A DNA stretch of 64,000 bases from Acidobacteriaceae bacterium (GTDB lineage Bacteria; Acidobacteriota; Terriglobia; Terriglobales; Acidobacteriaceae): positions 11,540 through 75,539 of the forward strand of contig JASHQE010000087.1 of assembly GCA_030037705.1 (NCBI GenBank), read 5' to 3'. Of this stretch, positions 44,682 to 53,040 are shown one piece after another. How positions within the stretch are numbered: position 1 is the stretch's first letter; the number at the start of each line of letters is the position of its first letter. A program made the position numbers and the translations under genes. Under the pieces are notes generated by a model that was given only the letters and a program-made list of their open reading frames with translations, was not told the DNA's origin and ran no database searches.

Positions 44682-46154
44682 ATGCGAAGCGCAAAATCGC
44701 CGATGGAACGGTCCTGGCTATCTGCCGGCAAAGTCGTGCTGCCGAGCGCTCTTGTATTCATGCTTTGGATGGCGGGCTGCGGCGGGAGCGTCACCAGCAC
44801 AAGCATGGTGGCAACGAGCGGCCCGCAAACCTATTTCGCGCCGATCGTGGCTGGAACTACTTATAGCACCTCGTCTGCCAGCAGTGCCTTTATTCAGAAC
44901 GCATTGACTTATACCATGGACGACACGGCCCTGACCTTTGCGCAGACCACCTATCAGCCTCCTTCTACTCAGCCAGGGCCCCAGGTCCTCAACGCCGGCG
45001 ACCTTACCATCGGTCAGCGCGGACTGAGAAGCCTGGGAATCACGGCAAATTATGTCTATCAGAGCTCCACAACCAATACACAGGCTGGATACTATCCAAT
45101 AACCCATAATCCGCCCGAAGTCGGCAGCTTTGCTGTGGAGCTGGCCAATCAGGCTGGAGGGTTGGTCCAGTTAGTCGGCCAGCCGGCCGTACCGCTCGTG
45201 GCCGCCACTGCCTGCCCTAACTCCGCTTCTTCGCAAACCTACCTGTTCACCAGTATTCCGGGCGGGCTGACCTCGGTAAGCGGCTCAAGATATGGCTGGG
45301 ATCCGGCCACCGACACGGCCTACGGCGTTGTGCAGATCAGCGCGAGTGGCAGCACAGTCACTTTGCAGAACATTCAGCAGTTCACTCTGTCGTCGGCAAG
45401 TGGAACTGGTGCGCCTGCTCAACCATCCTCATCCTCCGCAACCGGAACCTGCGCATCGTCCGTCTTCGGCAACACGACTGTCGTTCCGGGACAGTTGGTC
45501 ATCACGAATCCGAATCCCGGTGGCAGCGAACAAATTCCTCCCCAGGCAACGATAGGAATTGGCCCCACCGGCCTTCTGGTGGAGGACAATGGGTCAAATG
45601 CCTCCAGTCCGCTCGCGGATACGTCGCCCGCTCTTTACTACAACAACGTCCTTGGCGCGGGTACCGGAGCCGTGGGCCTGCCTCAGTCCTCCAGTGCGCT
45701 CAGCACCAGTGCCGTTGTGAGCGCGCAGTATCTCGGCTTTATCTATGGCGCAGGTGTATACGTAAGTGGCAATCCCTATACGAAAGACTGGTCTTCCCAT
45801 GTGGCTTCTTTTGGCTTTTCGAGCTTGCCTTCGAGCTGCGCCTCGGTAACGGCCAGCACCAGCACGCTGATTTACGGCGGTGACTATCCCAACGACAACC
45901 CATCCGTCTCCGCGACTGGCTTCAGCAACTGCGACTTCGCCATCGATCTCGGAGTACAGAGTTCATCGCATAACGGCCTGTACCCCAATGCCACCGTCTG
46001 GGTCGGAGCCGGCTATGCGGCCAATGCATCGGGCACGACCTATTCCTTCCCCGCCGTTGCCATCGCCGGTCAGCTCAACGGCAAATACGCCCTCTTCGTC
46101 CTCGGCGTCGATTCCACGCAACCCTGGGCGATCTACCTGTTGCAGTCGAATTGA
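44682..46154 (+). CDS. hypothetical lipoprotein (Ser/Thr-rich, beta-rich) coupled to the TBDR
   Basis: Lipobox MAGC. Starts 17 bp after the TBDR stop. No family recognised. Confidence 0.75.
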   Translation: MRSAKSPMERSWLSAGKVVLPSALVFMLWMAGCGGSVTSTSMVATSGPQTYFAPIVAGTTYSTSSASSAFIQNALTYTMDDTALTFAQTTYQPPSTQPGPQVLNAGDLTIGQRGLRSLGITANYVYQSSTTNTQAGYYPITHNPPEVGSFAVELANQAGGLVQLVGQPAVPLVAATACPNSASSQTYLFTSIPGGLTSVSGSRYGWDPATDTAYGVVQISASGSTVTLQNIQQFTLSSASGTGAPAQPSSSSATGTCASSVFGNTTVVPGQLVITNPNPGGSEQIPPQATIGIGPTGLLVEDNGSNASSPLADTSPALYYNNVLGAGTGAVGLPQSSSALSTSAVVSAQYLGFIYGAGVYVSGNPYTKDWSSHVASFGFSSLPSSCASVTASTSTLIYGGDYPNDNPSVSATGFSNCDFAIDLGVQSSSHNGLYPNATVWVGAGYAANASGTTYSFPAVAIAGQLNGKYALFVLGVDSTQPWAIYLLQSN

Positions 46155-46469
46155 ACCGGAAGACAGCCCGATTTTCCGCAGCATCGCCGCTACCCTCTGC
46201 GCATGAGGCTTCTCTGTGCGGATTCACCAACAGTTAATGGCTACCGCGTTGAAATCGGGTCCGTTCAACGGTTACTAGCTGTAGATGGAACCACATGATG
46301 GCGTGGCGCAGAAGCCGGGCCACTGTAGTGTGCGCCTCGTGCGTGGTTCCATCGCGCGTTGTATAAACAGCCGCATGGATTCATGGAGATTGATACGGCC
46401 AATCTCTGCTCTTGGCAGCAAGTCAACCTTAAACCGCAGCAGATTTCAACCCAGCATAGGAGATACCCA

Positions 46470-47456
46470 ATGATGAATCGGTTGTGCAATATTCTGGCTA
46501 CGTCTATGCTCATTGCAAGCCTTTCCGCGGCTGTAAGCGCGCAGTCGATTACGACCACCATCCCCCTTCCTAACGGCGCCCTAGGGATTGCAGTGAATCC
46601 TCTGGCGAACAGGATTTATGCGGTTACTCCCACCCCCGGCGCAACGACAAGCGATCTTGCCGTCATCGATGGAAGTTCGGATACCCTGCTCACGAATATC
46701 GCGGTCCCCGCGGGCGCGCAGTTTGTAACCGCCGACTACTTCACGGATCGTGTTTTCGTGACCGGTTGCAACTACAGCGCCACGCCGGTTCCCTGCACGG
46801 TAACAGCTATAAATGGCAATACAAATACGATTATCAGCACCCTGCTGGTCACCACGACACCGGGTTTTGGCATGGCAGGCATTGTTGCGAATCCACTTGA
46901 TGGGCTTGTTTACGTGGCCAACGCGAATGACAACGTGATCGACATCATCAGTGCCAGCAAAAATGCCTTGGTTGGAACCATCAGCCTGAATGGTAATTCG
47001 CCCGCCGCGATCGCCATCAATCCGATTCTGAATCGGCTGTACGTTCCCTATGGCAGCAATCAGACCGCAATTGTGGATGCCTGCAGTAAGCAGATTCTGA
47101 GCACCACCACCTTCGGCTCCTCTACAGTCTGGGCTGCAGTGAACTATCTTAACGGCTACGTTTACGTAACCGACGATGAGCTTGGTCCGTCGATGACGGG
47201 TGTGTTCAGCGCAAATGGCGATGTGCTCGCATCCATCACTGTAGGCGATACTCCGCTCGGTGTAGATGTTGACCCCTTCACAAACTTGGTCTTTGTGGTA
47301 AGCACCGGAGAAAACAATGTTTCCGTAATTGATGGTGCCACGAACACCATCAAAGCCACGGTCAGTGGCGTTCCAGGATTGTATGTCGCGGTAAATGTCG
47401 CTACAGAAAAGGTATATGTGGCCGGCACAAATGGCGTAACGGTTATCTCCGAGTAA
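46470..47456 (+). CDS. YncE/YVTN-family beta-propeller protein, exported
   Basis: Signal peptide; repeated GIAVNP..NRIY and ...NVSVIDGATN.. blades; RBS AGGAG. Confidence 0.85.
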   Translation: MMNRLCNILATSMLIASLSAAVSAQSITTTIPLPNGALGIAVNPLANRIYAVTPTPGATTSDLAVIDGSSDTLLTNIAVPAGAQFVTADYFTDRVFVTGCNYSATPVPCTVTAINGNTNTIISTLLVTTTPGFGMAGIVANPLDGLVYVANANDNVIDIISASKNALVGTISLNGNSPAAIAINPILNRLYVPYGSNQTAIVDACSKQILSTTTFGSSTVWAAVNYLNGYVYVTDDELGPSMTGVFSANGDVLASITVGDTPLGVDVDPFTNLVFVVSTGENNVSVIDGATNTIKATVSGVPGLYVAVNVATEKVYVAGTNGVTVISE

Positions 47457-47470
47457 TTGCCGAATTTCGC

Positions 47471-47598
47471 TGTCATCCTGAGCGAGGTCCGCCGTGGTCC
47501 GCCGCGGCGGAGATTTGCGCCATCCTCGGAGTGTGGGTGCCCCAGGTCTCGTCCGCCACGGCGGATGAGACCTGGGAAACCTGCAGTTCCAGGATCTT
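47471..47598. repeat. nested REP-like palindromic element between convergent genes
   Basis: TGTCATCCTGAGCGA start; palindrome TCCGCCGCGGCGGA (47498-47511); long hairpin CCCAGGTCTCGTCCGCC-AC-GGCGGATGAGACCTGGG (47541-47576). Confidence 0.7.
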
Positions 47599-47612
47599 CG
47601 CCAGTAGGTCTC

Positions 47613-48944
47613 TTACTCCTCCGCAGGATGGCCTGCATATTGCCTCCGCAATAGCCAGAGCAGGATTCCAGCGCACGCCCAGCAGGTTCCCGCAATGCGT
47701 GCCAGCAGTCCAAGGTTGGCCCACAACAGAAAACACGTCACAAATCCGCCTAGTGAAAGCAGCATGGGAAACCACTGGGCCCATCGGCCATGCCGCCAGC
47801 CTCGGAGAATGGATGCGACATTGACGCCCATAAATGCCAGCAGCGCACCGTAGTTGAGCAACTCCGTGCCAAGCTGATAGCTGAAAACCAGCGCGCCGCC
47901 CAGGCAGATCGCGCCAATCAAAAGCACGTTATTGCGCGGGATATGGTTCCTGCGGTCCACCGCGGCAAAGAAACGGCGTGGCAGTGCGCCATCCTGGCCC
48001 ATGGCGTAAAGCAACCGTGCTGCGCCAAGCTGCGAGGCCATTCCCGATCCGATATTGGCTAGGAGCAGCGCGCTGTTGACGATGAGAAAGAGGATGGGCC
48101 CGCCCATTCGGCCTGACGCATAAACATAGGCCGTGTCGAGATCGGGAAACGCCAGTCCCCGCGGCCACACAAGCTGCGCCGCATACACTTCCATGCTGGC
48201 CAAAATGCCGGTGATGAAGCACGTCAACACGATGGCGCGCGGCACGCTGCGCGCCGGATCCTTGGCTTCATCGGTAAGCGTCGAGATGCCATCGAATCCG
48301 ATATAGGTAAGCACTGCAATGGACGTGCCGCGCAAAAGGCCGGAAGTATCGAACGTGGCGCGATCATAGAATGGAGCCAAGAAAAACGCCACTCCGGGGT
48401 GTTTGAGTGCGAGAAGCCAGCGAACCGCTTGAATCAGCACGAGCACGATGACAAGCCCAAGCGCGGCAGCCATTCCTGCGTTGATGCGAGCCGAAGTCTC
48501 CACGCCGTTGCAATTCAGAAGGGTGAAGAAAATCGCGAAGAAGATGGCCAAAACAACGTACGGCACACCGGGCAGAAAGTTCATGACCGCGCGGCTGCAC
48601 CAGATGGTGCATATCAGTGGATTCAGGATGTAGTCCATCACCAGACACCATCCTGTGATGTACCCAAGGCTGGGATGAATCTCCTTGCCGACGTAGAGAA
48701 ACGCCGAACCGCCATGCGGATAAGCACGGGCCATGCGTCCGTAGCTGATCGACGTGAAGAGCATGGCCACCATGGCCAAGAGTATTGCCGTCACCACATG
48801 ACCGTGCGCTTCTTTGTAGATCACGCCAAAGCTCGGCATGGGCGCCGTAGGTTGGATCAGGATGATTCCATACAGCACCAAGTCCCAAAAGCGGAGGCTG
48901 CGCTTGAGGCCCGAGACTTCAGCGTTGGTGCTGGTAGCCGCCAT
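47613..48944 (-). CDS. APC-family permease (PuuP/PlaP-like)
   Basis: LKRSLRFWDLVLYG, SYGRMARAYP.GGSAF.Y, YIGFDGISTLTDE and ARLLYAMG.DG.LP; about 12 TM. Confidence 0.92.
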   Translation of the reverse strand: MAATSTNAEVSGLKRSLRFWDLVLYGIILIQPTAPMPSFGVIYKEAHGHVVTAILLAMVAMLFTSISYGRMARAYPHGGSAFLYVGKEIHPSLGYITGWCLVMDYILNPLICTIWCSRAVMNFLPGVPYVVLAIFFAIFFTLLNCNGVETSARINAGMAAALGLVIVLVLIQAVRWLLALKHPGVAFFLAPFYDRATFDTSGLLRGTSIAVLTYIGFDGISTLTDEAKDPARSVPRAIVLTCFITGILASMEVYAAQLVWPRGLAFPDLDTAYVYASGRMGGPILFLIVNSALLLANIGSGMASQLGAARLLYAMGQDGALPRRFFAAVDRRNHIPRNNVLLIGAICLGGALVFSYQLGTELLNYGALLAFMGVNVASILRGWRHGRWAQWFPMLLSLGGFVTCFLLWANLGLLARIAGTCWACAGILLWLLRRQYAGHPAEE

Positions 48945-48952
48945 GAATCTCC

Positions 48953-51604
48953 TCAGTGAGCCGCGGCAGCAGTTTTAGGTGTCAGGGTCACGGGCTGCAC
49001 ATTCCAGCTCTCAATTTTCACCGTAAGTGCATCCGTAACGTCGTCTGGAATTTCCGCTGCTAACGTCGTGTCTTCACCGGGCGTCAACTCGATCCAGTTG
49101 TCTGACCAGAGCACCGGGGCAACCAGTTCTCCTGAAGCTGTCTGCACTTCGCCATGGATTTGGAATGCCAACTCCTTCGAAGTGTTTTCGAGATGTACGC
49201 GGATCTCTCTACCATGTGGTTTTTCGGCGATCTCGGCGCTCGACTGGAGCTCGGCGAGAGGCAGGTGGGTAAGCGCAGAAAGATCTTCGTAACGAAGTGG
49301 GGGAGTGTTCGTGTATTGTGTTGCCTCCCAGTCGAAGCTCGTGAGCGTGCCGGGCACCCAATAGAAGTTACGGCTAATCCGCCGTCCCGCGGCATCGGAG
49401 AGCATAAGGTCAATGAAGAAGATGCGCTCAGGGCCGATGTACAGGCTGTCCGGAAGCGTTAGCACGCGAATTGAGCTATCACTGCTCGCATTTACGGTCG
49501 CTTCGGCACTATACAGCGGCCTCCATCCAAGACCATGCACATCAACCTTCACATGCAATCCTTCCGCGGCATGATACGTGCTGTTGACTACCACGACCGA
49601 TCTGTCGTCATAGGCGTACTGAACGTGCAGGGGCTCGCAGGCCTTCTTTGTTCCGTAATAGCCCGCGCCGGGATCAAGGTAATAATCGTACAAGTGCCAA
49701 ATCATCGACGGCCAGGCGTTGTTGAGCATCCACTGAATGATGCCCGTCGAGACGTATTTGTTCTTGCTGTATGCCTCAAACATCGCGCGTTCGGAATCGT
49801 ACTCCATGGTCTCGGCCATGCGCTCGTACTCAGCGGCCGAGTGTGGCGCAGAATAAATGGCAGCCATGGCATCGTCGAAGACCTTGAGGTTGGTGAACTT
49901 GCCGCCTCCGTTGTGGAAGCTCCAGTCAGCGGTCGGCGGCCAAGCGTCGGGGTCGGTCAAGAATTTTTTCCGGCTGGCCAAGGATGGAATTGCAGGCCCG
50001 GGGCTGGTCTCCGTATTGAATCCGAAGCCACCGCCGTAATGTTGATCCACGCTCCAGTAGCTCGGCTCGACATAATCGTACGGGCCGCTCATCTTCACGC
50101 CGCTCAATCCTGAGTTGATCGTGACTGTGGACGATGCCGAGGCAAGAATCGGATTCGGCCAATGCATCTCCGCTTCAACCTTCAGATAAGCGCTTTCTAC
50201 ATTGGCGGGCGGCGCGTTGTCGCTTCCGTTCAGCCAAACGAGAAGGCTTGCGTGATGACGCAGGCGCAAGAGTTGTGCGCGCAAAGAGGCTGTTGCGATT
50301 GTCAGATCTTCTGCCGTCCACGAACTCCAATGCTCCCAATGGTCGCAGCAACACCAGCCGAGCATCACGAGAATCCCTTGCTCGTCGGCCAAATGGAAGA
50401 ATTCCTCCGTCTCCAGCTTCCCTTCCAGGCGAATGGTGTTGAGGTGCATATCGCGCACCATGCGGAATTGATCCTGCAGGCGGCGCTCGTTTGTACGCAA
50501 GAGCATATCTTGGGACCACCCTGCGCCGCGAATGAGCAATGGCTTGCCGTTGATGCGGAACAGCCGTGCGCCCGTCACGGTAAGTTCCGAGGTCATCTCG
50601 CGGAAGCCGAACTCCACGTCTTGCTCATCGGCCGTTCCGTCATGACCGACGAATTTCATATCGAGATGCTCCAGATGCGGCTCGCCCATCTGGTACGGCC
50701 ACCATGGCATGGGATTGCGGATGTGCAACTGTGGAAACTGCTCCGGTGTGAAAATCACCTCGCGGTCTTCGTTGGGTGCGAGCTCCACAGGCTCTTCAAA
50801 GTGCACACCTGCCGCAGTACCCTGCACGACGCCCCGGACGGAGTGCGCTGTCGCATTGCGCAGCTCTGCATAGACCGTCAAATCGGCTGCCGAGAGCGAT
50901 TCGTCCGTAAAGTGCGTAACCGCCAGCGGCGAACGCAGTGTGACGGGACCCGTTTGCACAAGGTCTACATTTCCCCACAGCCCCATGTCCTTGTCCGGAG
51001 GACATGGATTCCAATCAACCCAGTTGATGCCGAGATTTTTCTCGCTGGGTGCAAAGGTCTCCACGGCGAGCACATTCGTCTCGCCAGACTTCACGAAGTC
51101 GGTCACATCGAAGTCGTATGTGCGGTATGCGCCTGCGACTGTGGTTTCGTCCGCAATGCGTTGCCCATTTACCCAAATGTCGCCGCGATAATTGATGCCT
51201 CCGAAGTGAAGCCAAAGACGCTGATCATGTGAAGCATCTGCGGAGGCTTTGAATTCCGTGCGATACCACCATCCGCACCGATAGGGGCTGTCCCCGGGCA
51301 TGGGGAGGTTGGAGAAGTTAGCCCCGATGGGATAGCTTACACCTGGAACATTGCGCAGATTCATCCCGAAGTAGGGGTCGGGATACACATTGTCCGCTGT
51401 CTGCGCGGCGAAGACGGTGCTGGGCACGCTGGTCTTCAACCAATCCCGAGTTGCGAATCCGGGGGCAGAGATCGTGGCACCATCGGCCTTCGCGACACAG
51501 GCCGACTGCAAACGCCAGCCATCGCGCAAAGGAGTGACCGTTGCCGCGCTGGCCGCAAAGGGCACTGCAAACAATGCCAATAAGATGCCTTTTGTGAGAA
51601 CCAT
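48953..51604 (-). CDS. GH2 exo-beta-D-glucosaminidase (CsxA-like), exported
   Basis: WVDWNPCPPD..MGLW, NTIRLEGK, GW.CCD.WE; acid/base Asp in WLNGSD; GVKMSGPYDYV; nucleophile in FNTETSPG; WMLNNAWPS. Confidence 0.88.
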   Translation of the reverse strand: MVLTKGILLALFAVPFAASAATVTPLRDGWRLQSACVAKADGATISAPGFATRDWLKTSVPSTVFAAQTADNVYPDPYFGMNLRNVPGVSYPIGANFSNLPMPGDSPYRCGWWYRTEFKASADASHDQRLWLHFGGINYRGDIWVNGQRIADETTVAGAYRTYDFDVTDFVKSGETNVLAVETFAPSEKNLGINWVDWNPCPPDKDMGLWGNVDLVQTGPVTLRSPLAVTHFTDESLSAADLTVYAELRNATAHSVRGVVQGTAAGVHFEEPVELAPNEDREVIFTPEQFPQLHIRNPMPWWPYQMGEPHLEHLDMKFVGHDGTADEQDVEFGFREMTSELTVTGARLFRINGKPLLIRGAGWSQDMLLRTNERRLQDQFRMVRDMHLNTIRLEGKLETEEFFHLADEQGILVMLGWCCCDHWEHWSSWTAEDLTIATASLRAQLLRLRHHASLLVWLNGSDNAPPANVESAYLKVEAEMHWPNPILASASSTVTINSGLSGVKMSGPYDYVEPSYWSVDQHYGGGFGFNTETSPGPAIPSLASRKKFLTDPDAWPPTADWSFHNGGGKFTNLKVFDDAMAAIYSAPHSAAEYERMAETMEYDSERAMFEAYSKNKYVSTGIIQWMLNNAWPSMIWHLYDYYLDPGAGYYGTKKACEPLHVQYAYDDRSVVVVNSTYHAAEGLHVKVDVHGLGWRPLYSAEATVNASSDSSIRVLTLPDSLYIGPERIFFIDLMLSDAAGRRISRNFYWVPGTLTSFDWEATQYTNTPPLRYEDLSALTHLPLAELQSSAEIAEKPHGREIRVHLENTSKELAFQIHGEVQTASGELVAPVLWSDNWIELTPGEDTTLAAEIPDDVTDALTVKIESWNVQPVTLTPKTAAAAH

Positions 51605-51656
51605 GGCTATCACCGTCCTAGGATTGCTGCCCGGCAGGCAATTGAAGAAGCGCCGG

Positions 51657-51670
51657 TTCAAACGTTTGAA
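51657..51670. promoter_or_regulatory. LacI-family operator upstream of the GH2 gene
   Basis: Perfect palindrome TTCAAACGTTTGAA. A minus-strand TTGACA lies at 51702-51707. Confidence 0.8.
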
Positions 51671-51686
51671 GTGTGCACATCTTCGC

Positions 51687-52805
51687 TTACAATACCGCCC
51701 CTGTCAAGCGCTCTCGGCGCTTGCGCTGCCGACCGGCGTTTGCCGGGGCTTCCGCAGTGGACATCCGAGCAACCAGCTCTGGATCGGTGAGATGCAGGCG
51801 CGGTTTTTCTTCTTTGCCGGGTCCGCGCTTGATGGCCTGCACGACGCGCTGCGCAGCTTCAAGGCCCATCTCTTTCAGCGGTTGGCGGATGGTGGTCACT
51901 GCAGGTGTGGCGATTTCGGCCGGGAGAACGTCATCGAAGCCCATTACCGAGCAATCCCCTGGGATGCTTAAGCCGGCTTCGCTCAATCCTCGCACCACGC
52001 CGAGAGCGGTAAGATCGTCGAACGCCAGCACCGCCGTGAAGGGAGCTCCCGACGCAAGCATCTGGTGCGCAATCCGCCGGGCGCTCTCGAAGCCGGAGGC
52101 AGGATTGACTTGCCCGGGAAGCTCGATGATCAGGCGCGGGTCGAGTTCCAGTCCCGCCTGCGCAGCCGTCTGACGAATGCCCGCCCAACGCGGCTCGCTG
52201 TCGCACATCTCCTGCGGACCGCGAATCACAGAGATCTGTTTATGGCCAAGATCGAGGAGATGGCGCATCGCGAGAGCGCCGCCCGCTTGGTTGTCGACCA
52301 GAATCGAGCTGATGCCGCGCGCGGTCAGATCGCGGCCCACGATCAGGATTGGTACGTGGTTTTTCTTGATGTCCGCAAGCAGGTTTGTCTCCTCGAATAC
52401 CCAGCTCGCAATCACGATGACCCCTTCGACGCGCCGCTCCAAAACGATGTGGAGGTAGCTATCGAATAGCTTTCGCTGCGTCTGTGCATCCATCACCAGT
52501 GGAAGATAGCCGGAATCGAGCAGGCTTTCCTGAATGCCGCGCATGATGGGAATGCAATAGGGATCGGAGAGATCGAAGGCAAGAATGCCGATGGTCTGCG
52601 TGCTGCGGCGGCGCAGCGACCGCGCATAGGCATCAGGGTGATAGCCGAGCTTCTGCGCGATCGTACGGATATGCTCGCGCGTAGTAGCCGCCACGTTTTG
52701 CGAGAGCGGAGCTTCACTGAGCACAATGGAAACCGTCGACACGGAGAATCCGCTGGCGCGGGCTATGTCGAGCAAGGTGACGTGACCGGATTTACGTTGA
52801 CTCAC
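51687..52805 (-). CDS. LacI-family transcriptional regulator
   Basis: VTLLDIARASGFSVSTVSIVL...LGYHPDAYARSL; LGHKQI; SVMGFDD; TTIRQP. GTG52805 has a GGAGG RBS. Confidence 0.95.
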   Translation of the reverse strand: MSQRKSGHVTLLDIARASGFSVSTVSIVLSEAPLSQNVAATTREHIRTIAQKLGYHPDAYARSLRRRSTQTIGILAFDLSDPYCIPIMRGIQESLLDSGYLPLVMDAQTQRKLFDSYLHIVLERRVEGVIVIASWVFEETNLLADIKKNHVPILIVGRDLTARGISSILVDNQAGGALAMRHLLDLGHKQISVIRGPQEMCDSEPRWAGIRQTAAQAGLELDPRLIIELPGQVNPASGFESARRIAHQMLASGAPFTAVLAFDDLTALGVVRGLSEAGLSIPGDCSVMGFDDVLPAEIATPAVTTIRQPLKEMGLEAAQRVVQAIKRGPGKEEKPRLHLTDPELVARMSTAEAPANAGRQRKRRERLTGAVL

Positions 52806-52939
52806 TTTTCGTCCTCCGACGAAGCCTACCATGCGGCCCGCACGGGTGAAAGACGCGCCGTTATCCAGCCAAAGCGATTCTCTGCTGCGCTCCGGCCCGG
52901 GAACTCTCGGCTCGGAAGCAGGCCTGCCAAAATTTGTTC

Positions 52940-52968
52940 TTGACAGTTTTCCCGGTCCGGCCTATATT
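52940..52968 (+). promoter_or_regulatory. sigma70 promoter of the TBDR gene
   Basis: TTGACA (52940-52945), 17 bp, TATATT (52963-52968). Confidence 0.75.
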
Positions 52969-52982
52969 CAGGCAATCATCGA

Positions 52983-53018
52983 TTCAAACGTTTGAAAATT
53001 AGATTTGAAACGTTTGAA
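52983..53018. promoter_or_regulatory. tandem LacI-family operators
   Basis: TTCAAACGTTTGAA (52983-52996) and TTGAAACGTTTGAA (53005-53018), 22 bp apart, just downstream of the promoter. Confidence 0.85.
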
Positions 53019-53040
53019 TAAGTATACCTGGAGGCCCGGC

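Noticed and set aside
50162-51232. 356-aa plus-strand ORF, and similar ORFs opposite the TBDR, PaiB and amidohydrolase genes
   Set aside because: Fully overlap well-supported genes on the other strand; no family features.
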